64,000 bases of DNA from Candidatus Latescibacterota bacterium (GTDB lineage Bacteria > Latescibacterota > UBA2968 > UBA8231): positions 4,544,001-4,608,000 of the forward strand of contig OZ252098.1 of NCBI GenBank assembly GCA_965248355.1, read 5' to 3'. Position 1 is the stretch's first letter. Each line of letters begins with the position of its first letter. Below, piece by piece: positions 29,299-39,004 of the stretch. Position numbers and translations under genes: made by a program. The notes beneath the pieces were generated by a model that saw only the letters and a list, made by a program, of their open reading frames with translations, searched no databases and was not told where the DNA came from.

Positions 29299-29610
29299 AT
29301 GGATAGCATCTACCTGATCGTTCTGCAGGAGCCCTCCGAATACGCTCGGGGCAGGTTGGCTCAGGCCTGGACCACCGAGTACGTGATCGATGGTCGTACC
29401 CCCCTCGTTCCTACCCCACCGTCCGGAGGAGCGCCCGAGCAGAGGATCCGTCGCCTGGAGACGCAACTGGCAACTCTCGAGGAGCGATCAAGGCACATGC
29501 CGACCAAGGCGTGGGTGTTGGCGGGAGTCCTGGGTGGCATGGCGATCTCGGCTGGGATGGCTACCGCCATCGCCCTGACCGTGGTGAGGTTGTTCTGGAA
29601 CTCGAACTGA
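29299..29610 (+). CDS. Small hypothetical protein with coiled coil and C-terminal TM helix
   Basis: RIRRLETQLATLEER then hydrophobic WVLAGVLGGMAISAGMATAIALTVV; start uncertain. Confidence 0.45.
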   Translation: MDSIYLIVLQEPSEYARGRLAQAWTTEYVIDGRTPLVPTPPSGGAPEQRIRRLETQLATLEERSRHMPTKAWVLAGVLGGMAISAGMATAIALTVVRLFWNSN

Positions 29611-29822
29611 CCTACAGGCTTGGCCTTACCGAGGCCCATGTCGACGGCCTGCCAGCCTTGCGGGAATATACATTTGTGCAGTAGATTCAGTTTGTCGTAG
29701 GGGTGGCAGAGAAGACACGGTACTTGCCCGTTCGGCTTTCCTGCTGCCGGACTTGACCCTCCCCCCAGATTTGGGGTAAGGTTTCGCGCCGTCCCCCTTT
29801 CCCTTGGGTAGGCCTTCAGACC

Positions 29823-31010
29823 TTGAGCATGCCGCCCTCCGAGGTCTATCTCGACAACAACGCCACGACCCCGCCCCTGCCGGAGGTCCGCGCCGCGGTG
29901 CTCAGTGCCCTCGGCGCCTTCGGCAATCCTTCCAGCAGCCACGAAGCCGGCGAGCGAGCCCGCGGGCAGCTGCGCGAGGCCCGATCCTCGCTGGCCTCCC
30001 TTCTCGGATGCGACCCTGCCTCGATCATCTTCACCAGCGGCGCCACCGAGGCGAACAACACCGTCATTCGTCACTTCTCCGGGCCGGGCCGGCGGATCGT
30101 GTCCACCACGGCCGAGCACTCCTCCGTCCTCGCCGCCCTCGAAGGGAGGGCCCGGGAGGGCACGGAGGTCGTGCTGCTCCCCGTCGGGCGCAGCGGCCTC
30201 ATCGATCCCGACGACCTGCGGAGGGCGATCGCCGAGGAGACCGCCCTGGTCTCGGTTCAGTGGGTCAACAGCGAGACGGGAGTCAAACAGCCGGTCGAGG
30301 TGATCGGGCGGTGGTGCGCGGAGGCGGGGATTCCCTTCCACACGGACGCCGCGCAGGCGGTGGGCAAGCTGCCGGTGTCGCTTGGAGATCTGCCCATCGA
30401 CTACGCGTCGATTGCCGGCCACAAGTTCCACGCTCCCGTGGGTGTCGGCGCCCTGTACGTCAGGGACGGTGCTCCACTCCAGGGCCTCCTGGAGGGCGGC
30501 GCCCAGGAGTCCGGCCTGCGGGCCGGCACCGAGAACGTGCCGGGGATCGCGGGGATGGGCTGCGCGGCGAGGCTCCGTGCCGGTGCCCTGGAGGAGGCGA
30601 TCACCCGGCTCTGGGGTCTGCGCGACCGCCTCGAGAGGGAGACCATCGATCGCTGCGGCGGCGTGACCGTGAACGGTGATGCCCGGACCCGTGTGTGCAA
30701 CACCACGAACCTGCTTTTCCACGGGGTGGACGGGGAGGCCTTGGTGGCGCGGCTGGATCAGCGCGGGATCCGTTGCTCGCAGAGTTCGGCGTGCACCAAC
30801 CAGCGGCCCGAGCCGTCCCACGTGCTGCGGGCCATGGGACTCTCCGAGGAGGAGGCGTACGGGAGCGTCCGCTTCAGTCTCTCCGTGCTCAACGACGAGG
30901 AGGATGTGGCGGCTGCCTGCGCAACCGTGGAGGAGGAGGTGAGCCGGATCCGGGCGTTCTCCGGCTGGAAGGGGGCGGACCGGATGGAGCTGTCGGAGGT
31001 GGCCGAGTGA
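29823..31010 (+). CDS. Cysteine desulfurase (IscS/DndA/SspA-like)
   Basis: YLDNNATT, FTSGATE, GHKFHAP (PLP Lys), RAGTEN, SSAC catalytic Cys. Confidence 0.93.
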   Translation: MSMPPSEVYLDNNATTPPLPEVRAAVLSALGAFGNPSSSHEAGERARGQLREARSSLASLLGCDPASIIFTSGATEANNTVIRHFSGPGRRIVSTTAEHSSVLAALEGRAREGTEVVLLPVGRSGLIDPDDLRRAIAEETALVSVQWVNSETGVKQPVEVIGRWCAEAGIPFHTDAAQAVGKLPVSLGDLPIDYASIAGHKFHAPVGVGALYVRDGAPLQGLLEGGAQESGLRAGTENVPGIAGMGCAARLRAGALEEAITRLWGLRDRLERETIDRCGGVTVNGDARTRVCNTTNLLFHGVDGEALVARLDQRGIRCSQSSACTNQRPEPSHVLRAMGLSEEEAYGSVRFSLSVLNDEEDVAAACATVEEEVSRIRAFSGWKGADRMELSEVAE

Positions 31011-31912
31011 GGTTCGGAGGACACGAGACCTTCCCCGTCCGGGAGGGGTGGCTGCACAAGGGGCTGAAGCTGGTGGCCGAGGAGCCCGACAAACTCGGCG
31101 ACAAGCATGTCGCCGACTGGCTCGGAGTAGGGCGAAACATGGCCAAGTCCATTCGACACTGGCTGCTGGCGACGGGCCTGTGCGAGCAAGTCGATGGAGG
31201 TAGACCCCGCAAGAGCGCGAAGCTGCAACCCACCGACCTGGGCCACCTCGTCTGGGACCGCGACCCCTACTTCACGGACATCGGCACCTGGTGGGCGCTG
31301 CACGTGAACCTGATCAGCAGCCCGGCCCACGCCCTCACCTGGGATTGGTTCTTCAACAACTTCAAGCTGCAGCGCTTCGACAAGGCGGTGTGCATCGACA
31401 GCCTGCAACGGTACCTGCAGATGCAGCGAGGCCGGATCCCGAGTCCCCGCACCCTCGACCGCGACACGAGCTGTCTGCTGCTGAGCTATTCGAGAAGCAT
31501 CCCCGACCGGAGAGTCGATCCGGAGGAGGCGCAGGAGTCACCCTTCACCGAGCTGGGCCTGCTCGCCCACTACCGCACGAGCGGCTACTACGAGGTCAAC
31601 CGGGGGCCGAAGGCGATCCCCGCGCACATCCTCTGCTACTCCCTGGCCAAGGCCTTTCAGGGCGAGGCCCACGACGGCCCCATCCAGGCCCCGGTGCAGG
31701 AGGCGTCATGGCAGCGGGGCGGTCCGGGCAACGCCTTCTGCATGACGGCCGAGGACCTGTACGAGACGGCCGTGCTGGCGGAGCAGGCTCAGGTTGGTCT
31801 CGAAATCCAGGGACTGGCGGGGGAACGAAGACTCGTCGTGGAGCGGCGGGATGAGATCGACTGGCTCGAAGCGTACTACACGAGTGAGGGATTGAGTCGC
31901 CATGCCGCGTAG
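31007..31912 (+). CDS. DUF4007-family protein (SspB-like)
   Basis: GTG start overlaps the upstream stop; FGGHETFPVREGWLHKG, LGVGRNMAKSIRHWL, DPYF...WWALH...L. Confidence 0.85.
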   Translation: MRFGGHETFPVREGWLHKGLKLVAEEPDKLGDKHVADWLGVGRNMAKSIRHWLLATGLCEQVDGGRPRKSAKLQPTDLGHLVWDRDPYFTDIGTWWALHVNLISSPAHALTWDWFFNNFKLQRFDKAVCIDSLQRYLQMQRGRIPSPRTLDRDTSCLLLSYSRSIPDRRVDPEEAQESPFTELGLLAHYRTSGYYEVNRGPKAIPAHILCYSLAKAFQGEAHDGPIQAPVQEASWQRGGPGNAFCMTAEDLYETAVLAEQAQVGLEIQGLAGERRLVVERRDEIDWLEAYYTSEGLSRHAA

Positions 31913-31974
31913 GAAGACCGTGGCGAGCGACTTGCTTCCCGCGACGTGAGAACCGAAGAGGCGCTCGATGGCTA

Positions 31975-33206
31975 GTGGTTCATCCAGGTAACAATGCTGG
32001 ATAGAGGCGGTGCAGCTTGATGCGCGCCTTCTCGGTGGTGAATCGCCATTTGACCGGGGCCTGGCTGTTCTCGCGTTGCGACAGCCAAGCCTGGACCTGT
32101 TGGCTCAGTTGCTGAATCGTTGCGATGCGTCGGTCCAGACACTGCCGGGACAGCATCTTCAACCCGATTTCGGCCATGTTGAGCCAACTGCCCCGTTTCG
32201 GGGTGAAATGAATGTCGATCTTGTCGGCGATGCGTTTGGCCTCGGCCGGCGCAAAGACATCGTACAACGCCGCCTTCTGGTGCGAACTCAGGTTGTCCAT
32301 GACCAAGGTCAGGCGCTCGGCCTCCGGGTAGTAGCGGTCGACCAGGTCTTTCATCACCCGAGCCCAATCTTTCTTGGTGCGCTGCTGCGTGACCTGGACG
32401 TGGCAGCGGCCGGTGAGCGGTTCCAGCATCATGAAGACGTTGGCCACGCCCTGGCGGACATAATGATGATCATACCGGGCCGGATGGCCCGGTATCGCCG
32501 GCCGAGGGGCCTGCACCTCGCCCACCAGTTGTTTGCTGGTCTCGTCCAGGCAGACCGTGGGATGTTGGGGATCGTAGGGCCGGGTATAGACATCCAGCAC
32601 ATCCTCCATGGCACAGACGAAGGCGGCATTGGGGGCGCCCGGCAGGCACCACATTTCCTGCCGCCAGGGCTTCAAGTCGTTTTTTTTAGTGTCTTTCGGA
32701 CGGTTTCCGGGCTGACCCGGTCGACCACTTCCAAGGCCACCAGGCGGTCGGCCAGCAATCGGAGGGTCCAGCCCTTTCTCCCCTCCGGCGGCGGACTGCA
32801 GGCCAGCGCGACGAGACGAGCCTCGCCTTCCCCGTCGATCTTCTTGGCCCGGCGATTCTTCTGCTCCTTGCGCTGCAGGGCGGCCTCCAGGCCTTCTTCG
32901 ACGAATCGCCTGCGCAGACGCTCGACCGTGCTGGGATGGACCTCGAGCGCCTGCCCGATCCGTTCGTCGGTCCAGCCCTCTCCCTGCGGTCCTTGATCCG
33001 TCTTCAGGAGAAGGCGCGCATGCCGCTGCTTGAAAGCCGCCGCTTTCCCCTTGGAGATCAGATCGCGCAACCCGGTGCGCTCCTCGGCTGTGAGAGTGAC
33101 GATGTATCTCTTCTTGGGCAACGCCGTACTCCTTTTCCAACAAAGGGGATGGGGAAAAAGGATACGGCTGCCACTCTTGTTCCGCAATTCTAAGTGGATT
33201 GACCAC
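31975..33206 (-). mobile_element. IS630-family insertion sequence (copy B, two-ORF transposase)
   Basis: IRs GTGGTTCATCCA / GTGGTCAATCCA; TA duplication at 31973-31974 and 33207-33208 in CTAG context. Confidence 0.92.
31980..33121 (-). CDS. IS630 transposase, orfA (33121-32672) and orfB joined by a probable -1 frameshift
   Basis: orfA HTH (LPKKRYIVTL...), A8C run at 32679-32687, orfB CLDETSKQL, VMDNLSSH, GSWLNMAE. Confidence 0.88.
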
Positions 33207-33210
33207 TAGT

Positions 33211-34017
33211 ATGCAGGAGGCGCTCGACAGCCTCTCCGACAAGAGTATCCGCCACATCGTCAGCATCTCCGGCGGCAAGGACTCGACAGCTCTCGCCCTG
33301 TACATGCGCCAGAGCTACCCGGAGATTCCAGCGGAGTACGTGTTCTGCGATACCGGCTGCGAGCTGCCCGAGACCTACGAGTACCTGGAACGGCTCGAGG
33401 CTCTGCTAGGTGTGGAGGTGAAGCGGCTCAACGCTCTCGACGACCTGAAGGTGGCGAGAAAGCCCGGGCGCAATCCCTTCGATCTCTATTTGAACGAACT
33501 GTACGGTGGCTTCCTGCCGAACCCTCGGTCCAGGTGGTGCACCCGGGCGCTGAAGATCCAGCCCTTCGAGCGCTTCGTCGGCGACAGCCACGCCTTCAGC
33601 TACATCGGGATCCGCGGCGACGAGGACAGGGAGGGCTACCAGTCCAAGAAGCCCCCGGTCATCTCCCAGCGGCCGAACATCCTGCCGGTGTACCCCTTCA
33701 AAGACGCCGGGATGATCCTGGAGGACATCAAGCGGATACTGACCGAATCCGGCATCGGCATCCCCGGCTACTACCGCTGGCGGTCCCGGTCAGGCTGCTA
33801 TTTCTGCTTCTACCAGCAGGTGGGGGAGTGGCAGAATCTCAAGGAGGTGCACCCCGATCTCTTCGAGAAGGCGATGGGCTACGAGCGGAGCAGCGTTGGC
33901 GATCGAGGATACACCTGGGTCGATGGCCGGCCGCTGCTGAGGATCGCCGAGTTGCCGGAGCGGGAGGAGATCCCCGCACCGGACTTGGCGGAGGGGTGCG
34001 CGGTGTGTCATCTGTAA
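33211..34017 (+). CDS. PAPS-reductase-family / ATP pyrophosphatase (SspD/DndC-like); native start at 31968 cut off by the IS
   Basis: PP-loop SGGKDS, DTGCELPETY, RWCTRALK, RSRSGCYFCFYQ, C-terminal GCAVCHL. Confidence 0.88.
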   Translation: MQEALDSLSDKSIRHIVSISGGKDSTALALYMRQSYPEIPAEYVFCDTGCELPETYEYLERLEALLGVEVKRLNALDDLKVARKPGRNPFDLYLNELYGGFLPNPRSRWCTRALKIQPFERFVGDSHAFSYIGIRGDEDREGYQSKKPPVISQRPNILPVYPFKDAGMILEDIKRILTESGIGIPGYYRWRSRSGCYFCFYQQVGEWQNLKEVHPDLFEKAMGYERSSVGDRGYTWVDGRPLLRIAELPEREEIPAPDLAEGCAVCHL

Positions 34018-34070
34018 GAGAAGGGGAAGGAGAATCCCAACTGACCGACGTCCAACTCACCGTGAAAGAG

Positions 34071-34613
34071 ATGAGGGAGAAACTCACCCATGCCAAGGCC
34101 TCCCTAACCGACGCGGAGGCCGCCCTCATGGACTGGGTGGAAGGCGGACCCCTTACCACCATCAAGGAAGCCTACAAGGGAGTGCTCGACCTGGAAGAGG
34201 CCCTCGACACGGCCACCAACCCCCATCAAGTCACCGCAAGCGTGGACCCGTCCTGTGGTCGCGTCGTCCGCACCGAAGACAATGCGCACCCCGTCATTGT
34301 GTGGTCGATCTTCAAAGGCCCGTACGACGACTCGATCCCTTTTGACAGGCAGGTTCTCGACATCGACGCCAAGGACACCGACGGCTAGCCGGCCCACTTC
34401 GAGGACGGAGAATACACTGTCGATGTCGGCGAAGGCTCTCGGGCGCAGGGGATCACCATCAAAGATGGTCGCTTCGACATCGGCCCGACCTGCGATGCCC
34501 TGCACAAGGCGCAAAGCCTGTACTTTGCACACACCAACTACGATCACCGGTTTCTGGAGCACCTGCGCTACAGCCCGGAAAAGGATGTGTTCGTGGCGCA
34601 CTTCGGCAGCTGA
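34071..34613 (+). pseudogene. Hypothetical protein with an in-frame TAG at 34386-34388
   Basis: Frame stays open with typical codon usage for 74 codons after the TAG, to ...DHRFLEHLRY...HFGS-stop. Confidence 0.55.
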
Positions 34614-34668
34614 CAGGTCCGTCCCGAAGGTGGCCTCGCTGGAAGAAGAGCGGCAAGGCCGTAGAGCG

Positions 34669-35574
34669 ATGAATCGCCGGGAATTCCTCCAGAGAATCGA
34701 GCGGATCAACGTCTGGCAGCGACGCGGGGAACGCGCCCCCCACAAGCCCTTGCTATTGCTTCTGGCCCTTGGGCGCGTGCTCCACAGGCGGGAGCGGCTT
34801 GCCGCCTACGAATTGATCGAAGACCAACTGAACAGCCTTCTGCAGAACTTCGGCCCGCCTCGCAAGGCCCGGCACCCGGAGTTCCCCTTCGGTCGCCTTC
34901 CCGCTGACGAACTCTGGGAGGTTCCGGAAAGCGAGACCTTGTCCCGGACTGCGAGCGGGGATCTCCTCGTCGGGGAGCTTCGAGAGCGCGGTGTGAGGGG
35001 TGGTTTTCCAGCTCCGATGCATGACCTTCTGACCGACCACCCGGAAATCGCGAAGGAAGCGGCGCAAAAACTCCTCGACGGGCACTTCCCCGACTCACTG
35101 CACGGCGAGATTCGCGACGCCGTCGGCATTCCTCGTGACTGGGTCGTGCGGGATGCGTCCCTCCCCTCGAGGCGCGACCCGGCCTTTCGCGACAACGTTC
35201 TACGGGAGTACCAGCGCCGTTGTGCCGTCTGTGACTTCGACGTGCGTCTGGGAAGCGATTTGATCGGCCTGGAAGCGGCGCACATCAAGTGGCATGCGTA
35301 CGGAGGTCCTGACGAAGTCGCCAACGGGCTGGCCCTGTGCGGACTGCATCACAAGGCGTTCGATCGGGGCGCGCTCGGCATGAACGCAGACGAAGGAGGA
35401 GGCTACAGGGTGGTCGTCTCAAGTGAAGTCCACGGCCTCAGTGCCCCCGTCCGCTGGTTCCTCGACTACCACGACAAGCCGCTGCAAACACCAAGAAACC
35501 GCGACCTCGGTCCCGCTCCTGAGTTCGTGAAGTGGCATCAGAAGCAGGTCTTCCGCCGCCCGCCACTGACCTGA
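34669..35574 (+). CDS. Phosphorothioate-binding (SBD)-HNH restriction endonuclease-like protein
   Basis: RGERAPHKPLLLLLAL and PEFPFGRL SBD-like motifs; HNH RDPAFR..CAVC..LEAAHIKW..NGLALCGLHHKAFD. Confidence 0.82.
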   Translation: MNRREFLQRIERINVWQRRGERAPHKPLLLLLALGRVLHRRERLAAYELIEDQLNSLLQNFGPPRKARHPEFPFGRLPADELWEVPESETLSRTASGDLLVGELRERGVRGGFPAPMHDLLTDHPEIAKEAAQKLLDGHFPDSLHGEIRDAVGIPRDWVVRDASLPSRRDPAFRDNVLREYQRRCAVCDFDVRLGSDLIGLEAAHIKWHAYGGPDEVANGLALCGLHHKAFDRGALGMNADEGGGYRVVVSSEVHGLSAPVRWFLDYHDKPLQTPRNRDLGPAPEFVKWHQKQVFRRPPLT

Positions 35575-35591
35575 CTACGAGGGACAACCCA

Positions 35592-36425
35592 ATGCCATAC
35601 ATCGACTCCCACGTGCACATCTGGACCGACGACTACCAGACCTACCCCTTCGCCGAGGGCAGCGACCCCGCCAACGCCAGTCCCCGCACCTTCCACGTGG
35701 AGGACATCCTCGGCCACGCTCGGCCCTGCGGCGTCGACCGCGTCGTGCTGGTGCAGATGAGCTACTACGGCACCGACAACCGCTACATGCTCCAGGCCAT
35801 GGCCGAGGCTCCGGACGTCTTCGGCGGCATCGGCATCGTCGACTGGGACGATCCCGCCGTCGAGGAGGAGATGACGCGCCTCGCCGCGGAGAGGGTTTAC
35901 GGCTTCCGCGTCTATCCGAGGGACGTCCCGACGGAGAGCTGGTGCGACGGCCCCGGCTTCGAGAGGATGTTCGCCGCCGCCGCCCGCCATCGGCTGGCCA
36001 TCTGCCCGCTAATCGCCCCTGACGGCCTGCCGGCCCTGGCGCGGCGCTGCGAGCAGTTCCCCGGCGCGCCCGTCCTCATCGACCACCTGTGCCTCATCGG
36101 CGGCAGGGGCCCTGTCCGGGAAGAGGAGGTGGGGGCCCTGTGCGCCATGGCGCGGTTCGAGAGCGTGATGGTCAAGGTCTCCGCTTTCTACGCTCTGGGC
36201 GAGAAGAAGCCGCCCTACCACGACCTGGCCGGCCTCATCCGGCGGGTCGTCGACGCCTTCGGCCCGCAACGCCTCATGTGGGCCAGCGACGCGCCCTACC
36301 AGGTTCTCGGCGGGCACACCTACGCGGCCAGCGTGGCGCTCATGGAGGAGGGTCTGGACTTCCTGTCCGCCGCCGATCGGGCCGAGATCATGACGGGCAC
36401 GGCGGAGCGGTTCTTCTTTCGGTGA
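35592..36425 (+). CDS. Amidohydrolase_2 family protein
   Basis: IDSHVHIW, IDHL, FGPQRLMWASDAP. Confidence 0.88.
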   Translation: MPYIDSHVHIWTDDYQTYPFAEGSDPANASPRTFHVEDILGHARPCGVDRVVLVQMSYYGTDNRYMLQAMAEAPDVFGGIGIVDWDDPAVEEEMTRLAAERVYGFRVYPRDVPTESWCDGPGFERMFAAAARHRLAICPLIAPDGLPALARRCEQFPGAPVLIDHLCLIGGRGPVREEEVGALCAMARFESVMVKVSAFYALGEKKPPYHDLAGLIRRVVDAFGPQRLMWASDAPYQVLGGHTYAASVALMEEGLDFLSAADRAEIMTGTAERFFFR

Positions 36426-36475
36426 ACTGACCTGACGCGCCAGCCGCGCTCGATCGGCGGCTCGGGGGAGAATCC

Positions 36476-37060
36476 ATGGGGCATCGGACGTCCTGTGACT
36501 CCCCTGATCTCGGCGTCCCCCTGACTCCGGACCCGGGGAGACGAGGTTCACGGCCGTGGGCACCCTCTGGCACCCCTTCACCCTGCAGGTCCAGACCGCC
36601 TCGGGCGAGGCGTCGGAGGCGAGAGTCTGGGCGATCGCCAACCCCGGCGAGCACTCCGATCTGGCCATCGAGATTTGCAGCGCCTCCTCGGCGCCGGGAT
36701 GCTGGGGACCGGCGGCCCCATCTATGTCCGCGAGACCTACCTTCCCATACTGGGGTACATCCGGTTCCACGTCGAAGGCGGATGGAGGGACGAGGGCAAG
36801 AAGGTGCCCTCGCCCCCGACTACACCCATTGGCGGGAGTCCGTCTTCGGAGACGAGGTGATGACCCCCTACCTCGACTGGGACAACGGCATCTTCAGTGC
36901 TACCACTCTGCACGCCATGGGCGACATCGGATATCAAGTGGACCCCAGCCAGTCGGACGCCTACAGCCTGCCGTCGCTCTCAAAGCCGGCAGCCGTCGAG
37001 ACCCCGCGTGCCTCTTGCGGGGTGAAGGGGATCGGCCCTGTGGAGGTTGCGCGGTGCTAG
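36476..37060 (+). pseudogene. Remnant of a leishmanolysin-like zinc metallopeptidase
   Basis: HWRESVFGDEVMTPYL...TLHAMGDIGYQVD..SDAYSLP C-terminal motif; GMLGTGGP...LPILGYIRF in another frame; no HExxH. Confidence 0.6.
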
Positions 37061-37067
37061 TCTCCGC

Positions 37068-38339
37068 TCACTCCACCTCGGGAGGCACCTGGCTCGGATC
37101 CTCTCCGTTGAAGGCGACGCTCAGGAGAATGATGGAAGAGTACGGGCGATAGGGGTTGGCGGTGTCCTCGGTCCGACGCCACCGGGTGGGCCACAGGACG
37201 CCCTGGATCTCCTCGTACTTCTCGAAGCGGGTGGTCCAAGTCGGACTCTTCCTGCGCTGATGGCCCCGCTGGGCTCTGAACCACTCCGCTTCCCTCTCCG
37301 ACAGCTCTTCTTCCACGGCCACGAGCAGGGCGTCATCCGCATCGAAGTGGGCCAGGAAGGTGCGGCCGAACTTCCGGTCATCGACGTGCACGGATTGCAC
37401 GGAACGGCCATCGAAGGTCCCCGTGCCGGCGTATCGCAGCTGCACTCCCTCGCCGAGGAACCGGTGGGCGAAGTTCCAGCGCTCGCCCTCCGATCGCTCC
37501 CGGTAGGTCCGGCTCCAAGGAGGGGAGGACCGCCACCGCCCCTCGAAGAATCGGAAGAAGGCCCCAACCTCGTAGTAGGGGACCATCGTGGTCAGGCTGG
37601 GGAAGACCCCCTCCCGGGTGTAGGGCATGCGCTCCCAGGGTTCGGCGCTGCCGGCCTCGAAGCGCCAGACGGACACGGGATGGGCATAGGCGGGCACTCT
37701 GTGGACATAGGGGCGCTCCCCTTTGGCGGTTGGGGGCCGATAGCGGGTCGTAGCCTGAACCCACACCACGGCGGCCATGGAGTGGAGGGCCTCGAGCCGG
37801 TCCACGCCGCCCATGGCGTTCAGGCACGCCAGGACGATCTGGCGAGCTCTTCTGGCGGGGGCGCTCTCCGGATCGGTCGGGTCGGCGTCCGGCACCCACA
37901 GCCGCGCATAGGCGTCGCGTTCCTCCATGGGAAAGGAGGGCCCGAGGTCCTGGGCCTGGACTTCGGTCGTATCCGTCGCCGGCAGCCGGCTCTCGAAGGG
38001 ACGGTGCCGCCCACCCACCTCGATCGGTCCCGCCAAGGTGTCCCCCGGTGCCCCACGCGGCGCGACACTGTCGGAGACGGTGGAGGTGACGGCATCCACG
38101 GCGAGGGACAGATCCGGCATTCGGCCCGCCACCCTCTTCATGGCCGGAGAGTCGGCTTCCGGCTCGGGACCGGAGAGGCGAGGAGCGGAGGGGGCTTTGG
38201 GAGCGCGGAAGAAGGGAAGGTGGCTGGGTGAGGGCGAGGGTGCGATCAGATGGTACACGAGCAGAAGCAGCAGGTGCAGACCCGCGGACAGGAGGAGGGA
38301 GAGGCCGAGTCTGAGCCTGCCCGGGGTCCGATACCGCAT
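37068..38339 (-). CDS. Hypothetical membrane-anchored protein
   Basis: N-terminal TM helix, Pro-rich linker, AMGGVDRL..L motif; paralog at the window end. Confidence 0.7.
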   Translation of the reverse strand: MRYRTPGRLRLGLSLLLSAGLHLLLLLVYHLIAPSPSPSHLPFFRAPKAPSAPRLSGPEPEADSPAMKRVAGRMPDLSLAVDAVTSTVSDSVAPRGAPGDTLAGPIEVGGRHRPFESRLPATDTTEVQAQDLGPSFPMEERDAYARLWVPDADPTDPESAPARRARQIVLACLNAMGGVDRLEALHSMAAVVWVQATTRYRPPTAKGERPYVHRVPAYAHPVSVWRFEAGSAEPWERMPYTREGVFPSLTTMVPYYEVGAFFRFFEGRWRSSPPWSRTYRERSEGERWNFAHRFLGEGVQLRYAGTGTFDGRSVQSVHVDDRKFGRTFLAHFDADDALLVAVEEELSEREAEWFRAQRGHQRRKSPTWTTRFEKYEEIQGVLWPTRWRRTEDTANPYRPYSSIILLSVAFNGEDPSQVPPEVE

Positions 38340-38349
38340 TGGCCTTCCG

Positions 38350-38943
38350 TCACCGATCGCCGGGGGACCTGGCGGCCAGCGCCTTGTAAGCGGAGGTGAT
38401 GGTCTCTTCCAGCAAGTGCTTCAGCTCGACGGGCGGACCGGAAGGGTAGCGAGTCCCCTTGGCGGCGATCACCTCCGAGTGAAGACGGTCTCCCGTCTCA
38501 ACCTGTCGCAATAGGAGCCGCGTGGAGAGAGTGGCCTCCACCCCGGGCGTACGGACCAGGTCACGCACCTCGAAACCTTGGACCGTGAGGGTGAGTTCAT
38601 AACGGCCGAGCCAGTCCGAGTTCCGCAACGCCCCACGGGTGATCCTGGCGCGGAGTCCTTCGAGGATGCGGACGTGCAGGTCCTGCAGTTCCTCATCCAG
38701 CCGCTTGGACTGCTCGTCCCCGAAGGCCGTCTCCAGGATCGCCGGCCGGATGACCGCCAGGTCCTGCACCAGGCCTTCCCAGTCCCGGGAGGGGCAGTAG
38801 GCGTTGACAGCCCACACCACGAGGCCCTGGGAGAGGGAGTCCCGGACCGTGATCCCCAGGCTGTCGGCCTTGGTGGTCTCCGCGGCGGCGGTTAGGGGCT
38901 GGGCAAGGGCCACTGCAAGGGCTGCGGCTGCGGGGAGGATCAT
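38350..38943 (-). CDS. Hypothetical secreted protein
   Basis: Signal-like MILPAAAALAVALAQPLTAAA; 10 bp from the next gene. Confidence 0.6.
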   Translation of the reverse strand: MILPAAAALAVALAQPLTAAAETTKADSLGITVRDSLSQGLVVWAVNAYCPSRDWEGLVQDLAVIRPAILETAFGDEQSKRLDEELQDLHVRILEGLRARITRGALRNSDWLGRYELTLTVQGFEVRDLVRTPGVEATLSTRLLLRQVETGDRLHSEVIAAKGTRYPSGPPVELKHLLEETITSAYKALAARSPGDR

Positions 38944-39004
38944 GGGAGGCAGGCGCCCGGCGGACGAAGCACAGGACAAACACTTCGTGGGGGAGCTGCC
39001 CCCG

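Noticed and set aside
29823..34017. Fe-S assembly or sulfate assimilation operon
   Set aside because: No iscU/suf or cys genes; coupling to DUF4007 and an SBD-HNH points to DNA phosphorothioation.
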